NCBI RefSeq assembly: GCF_016432865.1
Contig: NC_067399.1
Span: forward strand, 389,732,001 to 389,796,000
Length of the DNA: 64,000 nucleotides
Direction of reading: 5' to 3'
Origin: Antechinus flavipes
Taxonomy: Eukaryota
Each line of letters opens with the position of its first letter. Positions within the stretch are counted from its first letter, which is position 1. Positions 60,038-64,000 of the stretch are shown here, piece by piece. The notes under the pieces are model-generated. The model made no database searches. It was given only the letters and a program-made list of their open reading frames with translations, and was not told where the DNA came from. The translations under genes and the position numbers were made by a program.

Positions 60038-60129
60038 AAAATTTTTTTTATTGAACTAAAGAATTATCAACAGATATTTCAACACAAAAGAAGCACAAAA
60101 TAAGTCTCATAAGAAACTGAATTATGTAA

Positions 60130-60385
60130 AATTTGTATATATACATATACACACACACTTCACAGTGTGCCCATACATGCATGTGCATGTGTACATATGT
60201 ATGTGTGTATATACACATGTATAACAAAATTGTAATCAAACTTCTTGGTTTCTCTATCATTCTAAGCATTAAAAATGTTTTGTAGTTTTTAACTCCCCAC
60301 CCTACCTTGTAAAGTGTATACATAAAAATATATGTATGCATATGTATATATGTTTATGTGTACATGTAGACACACATATACATAT
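60130..60385. repeat. alternating purine-pyrimidine low-complexity tracts (CA/TG/TA)
   Basis: catacatgcatgtgcatgtgtacatatgtatgtgtgtatatacacatg and similar. Confidence 0.7.
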
Positions 60386-62559
60386 ATGTTGGTTTTCAAC
60401 ACATTGTCCTTGTCTGAGAAGATATATCTCATTCTGTATCTCTAGTTTGTCACCTCTTTGTCAAGAGATGGGAGATGTTTCATCATGTCTTTTAAAGTCA
60501 TAGTTTTGTACTAGTTTTGCTCATTTTTTTTCTTTAATTCATAACTGCCTTTCCATATTGTTTTGAATCCAGTGAGTTCTAGTTATTTCATTTTTTTCCC
60601 CTGGGTTTCTATTGCTAATTTTCTTCTGAGGCTCATTTTGGGATTCTCTTACTCTATAGTGTACTTTGAATTAGGAATTTTCTTCTGTTTACTAATAATT
60701 TCAGCCCAATTTTATTGATTGGGACTCACCTATAGGCTTGCACATTCATGAACTTTGATAGGCACAGATTCTGTCTCCTGCCATGGTACCAGGTTCTATC
60801 CTATCAGAATTAGGTCTGCTGCAATCCAGATGTCACAGTCTTGCCTTTCTTTGTTTAGGAGAAGATGGGTGGCTGAATCATGGTATCATTTTTTTTATAG
60901 GACTAGTTGGGAAATTGTCTCAGGCTAAGCCTTTCTATCTGCAGCCCTGACCCAAGTTCTGAAGAATCAGGCCTAGAACAAGCCCCAATCACTGTGTGTT
61001 TCTCTTGACTTTGAGGTTGGCCTTGGCTTGTCTCTTGGAATACACCTCAATGGAAATGAGACCTCTACTTTCAGATATGCTGGCTTTAAGTCTTCTTAAG
61101 TCATCTAGTTTTGAAATAGCATCATCCTTGATTCCTCAGTTTTACTCACCCCATACATTCAAAGCAGTTGCCAGATATTAACATTTCTCTTAATGTATCT
61201 ATCCAAAGTCCCCTTATTTATACTTATACAGTCTTCACTTCAGTTCAGGCTCTCATCATCTCTCTCCTGGACTATTTCAATAGCTTCTAACTTGACCTCT
61301 TTGCTTTAAGCCTCTTTTCTCTTTTTTACCTGTCAAAGTGATTTTCCTAATGAGGGGATCTCCTCATGTCATCTCTGATTCAATAAATTATACTGGCTCC
61401 CTGTTGTGGGCCATCCTTATTGAGAAGCCTAATCTGACAAATGAGGTTTGAGGTTGGAACAAAATGTGATGCTCATGATTCATCTTACAATTAATAAAGA
61501 GAGACTTATTTAGCCATAGCATGGAATGTATTTGTAGCATTGCCCTTGTTAGACTTTAGATTCCTGAATCTCCATTAAGATCTCCATTAAGAAACTTTTT
61601 TTTCTTCTGCAGAATATGGTGTTTCTCTTGCCTGGGAGACGGCCTTTAAATCTGAGAAGGACTGACTTTTTGACTTGATCTTTTATCCTCTCATCCAACA
61701 AAGTCAAACAGTATGTGTGCAGGGAGCGAGAGATCATGAGAGGGAGGGACTTTAGAGGATATCAAGTGATTCTCATTTTACAGCTGAATAGTGAGGGGAA
61801 AAAAAAGACATCAGTCCCAATCAAGAGAGTAATTTCCTTTTGCAGATGTTATGATATAGCTGATATAGCAAATGATGTGACACCAGGCGATGTGCTATAG
61901 GAAAAGCACCAAATGTTAGGGTTCAATCATGTGAAGAATTCACAATGGCCATTCCCTTTGACAAAAGGCAGGTTTGTTTAGGGGAAGAAGTTAGACAAAA
62001 TGATGGGATACAGTAGATACCAGGAATGGTAAATATGAAAGAGTGGGAGAGCATATAAAAGACAAGTTTCTTAGTGGAACTCACAATTACCCAGGAGAAA
62101 GGGAGTACTCCATGAGGTTGGGGTATGCCCTTAGATGTCAGGCTAAATCCTACAAGGGACTTAGTACTCCAAGAAAATTAGTTAGCTATAAAGAGAAGTG
62201 GGGTCAAGAGAGAAAAGATAACTTAAAACATGGTGAGTTAGGAGACAACTCCAGGCATGGGGGAGGCCTAAGGGAAAGGACATCACTAGGCAGTGTGCTG
62301 TGGCACACTGATCCAAAGGAGAGCAATAAATATGGCATGGGCATAAGCAAATTTATAGGGAAAATTTAATCTCAGGGACATGACTAGGATTTCCGACAGG
62401 GATGGGATCATGGAGCTAAACTGATCTTTATATGAGCCTTTTTTCTACCTGCCCTAGGAAACAATTCCATCAATGTTCCAATTTCTCTTTGTTAACCACA
62501 CCCACCATTCAGGATGTGATAAAATAAAAAAGAGTGCCAGGTTTGAAGTCTGGAATACT

Positions 62560-62750
62560 CATCTTTCTGAGTTCTAGTCTGGTTTCGGACACTAGCCATG
62601 TGATCCTGAGCAAGTCAGTTAATCATGTTTACCTTAGTTCTTTGTCAAATGAGCTGGAGAAGGAAATGGCAAACCACTCCAGTATCTTTGTCAAGGAAAC
62701 CTCACGTGGGATCACAAAGCCTTGGACCGAACTGAATAATTTAAAAATAC
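62560..62750 (+). mobile_element. MIR3/marsupial CORE-SINE fragment
   Basis: ctgagttctagtctgg...tagccatgtgatcctgagcaagtcagttaa...ggagaaggaaatggcaaaccactccagtatctttg. Confidence 0.65.
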
Positions 62751-63859
62751 CCTCCCCCCACCCCACCCCACCCCACCAAAAAAAAAAAAAAAAAAAAGAC
62801 CCAGAAGGGTCCGCAGGTCTAACTTTCTGGGATTTGATCAATGATAAATTACTAAGAGAGAGATTGTTTAAAAGTCACTAAAAGAAAAAGGGCTAAAGCT
62901 GAGCTTTTATTTTTGCACTTAGGAAGTTGGATTGCATCAATGTCATTAAAGGAAGAGGTGTAAACTAGGAGGGTGGAGGGCTAGCCATACTTCAATTAGC
63001 TATTTTTTTTTTTTTGTCAGAATGATTTGTATGTCAGACAGAGAGGCTGCCCTCTATTAATATGTAAGCTCCTTGAGGGCAGAGATTATTTTAGCATTTC
63101 TTTTTGAATCCCTAGAGTTTAGCATATAGTAAAGACATGTTTTATCATTTACTGGGATGGGCTTCATCGCCACTTTTTACTGCTCCCTGTGGGGTGTTTT
63201 TCAGAGTCCTTGAAATAGGTTTGAGGCACTGGGATTCTAATCAGAGGTGAAGCAGCAAAGAACACAAAATTTTAACCTAAAAGCATTCAAAAGGGCTTTG
63301 TTAGCTTTCCTTGGTTAGGTATAAGTACTCCACCTCTCCCACATATCAAAATAGCTATCATAACTACTCATGTAAAGGATTCCTTTAGCACCCATAATTC
63401 AGTAGATGGGAACACAGGATCTTGTAGATGGCTCTGAAGAGCTGAAGTCCAGTATGCTGGAAAAAAGAAGCCGTGGAAAGCCACAAGACCAACGGAGGTG
63501 TCCTGAAGAGAGCGTCGCCATGATGTCACCAAACGATGCTGGTGGCACTGCCAATGATTTGCCCTCCACTGGATATTTGTGTTCACTTCATGTTCATTGC
63601 TTTCCAACTCCGTGCTAGCCACTCTGTTTCTAGCATTTGCCCATTCTTTTTTGTTCCTTTGTCTCCTGTTTTTTTCACTTGAGCCTTACCCTCGCTTAGT
63701 AATTTGTGAGGGGTAGGGGCCTAATAATAATAGATAGCATTTACGTTATGCCTTAAGTTTTGCAAAAAAAAACCCAATTTTTTCAAAATATCCAACTTGT
63801 TCGTAACCCCAATTTAGGGTTTTCTTGGCAAAGATATTGGAGGATTTAGTCGTTTTCTT

Positions 63860-63995
63860 TTCCAGGTCATTTTACAGATGAGGAAACTGAGGCTTTGGGT
63901 TAAGTGACTTGCCTCAGGGTCATACAATTAGTCTGAGGTCCAATATGAAGTGAAGTCTTTCTGACTCCAAGTCTAGCTCTCTTATTCACTATACC
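63860..63995 (-). mobile_element. Mar1/MIR-like SINE fragment
   Basis: ttttacagatgaggaaactgaggc...taagtgacttgcctcagggtcatacaatta...ctgactccaag. Confidence 0.65.
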
Positions 63996-64000
63996 TCTTT

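Noticed and set aside
63368-63622. Opposing 70-aa and 84-aa ORFs and a weak CTCF/YY1-like motif
   Set aside because: No recognisable protein or splice context; motif matches are too degenerate.

Overview
Eukaryotic genomic DNA from a marsupial. WSINE1-type SINEs, MIR-type SINEs and young L1 3' ends suggest an Australian marsupial, probably a dasyurid (inference). The block is syntenic with human 5q31.3: 3' part of TMCO6(+), NDUFA2(-), IK/RED(+), WDR55(+), DND1(-), HARS1(-), HARS2(+), ZMAT2(+), then a gene-free tail where the vault-RNA/protocadherin locus is expected. All exons were mapped by hand with splice sites and reading phase checked; comparisons to human proteins are from memory. No CRISPR, rRNA or tRNA genes were found. 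Most notable: (1) a ~470-bp tract (exon 9, intron 9, exon 10) that is ~94-95% identical between the inverted paralogs HARS1 and HARS2, intron included, against 73-81% in four other exons counted, pointing to gene conversion; (2) one plausible and one weaker decayed vault-RNA-like element downstream of ZMAT2; (3) a 99-nt in-frame exitron-like segment in WDR55 exon 1; (4) a +1 slip in a G7 run that changes the HARS1 C-terminus; (5) three U12-type introns (one AT-AC in IK, paralogous GT-AG introns in HARS1 and HARS2); (6) a SINE and an L1 inserted at one nick site, leaving a triple TSD.
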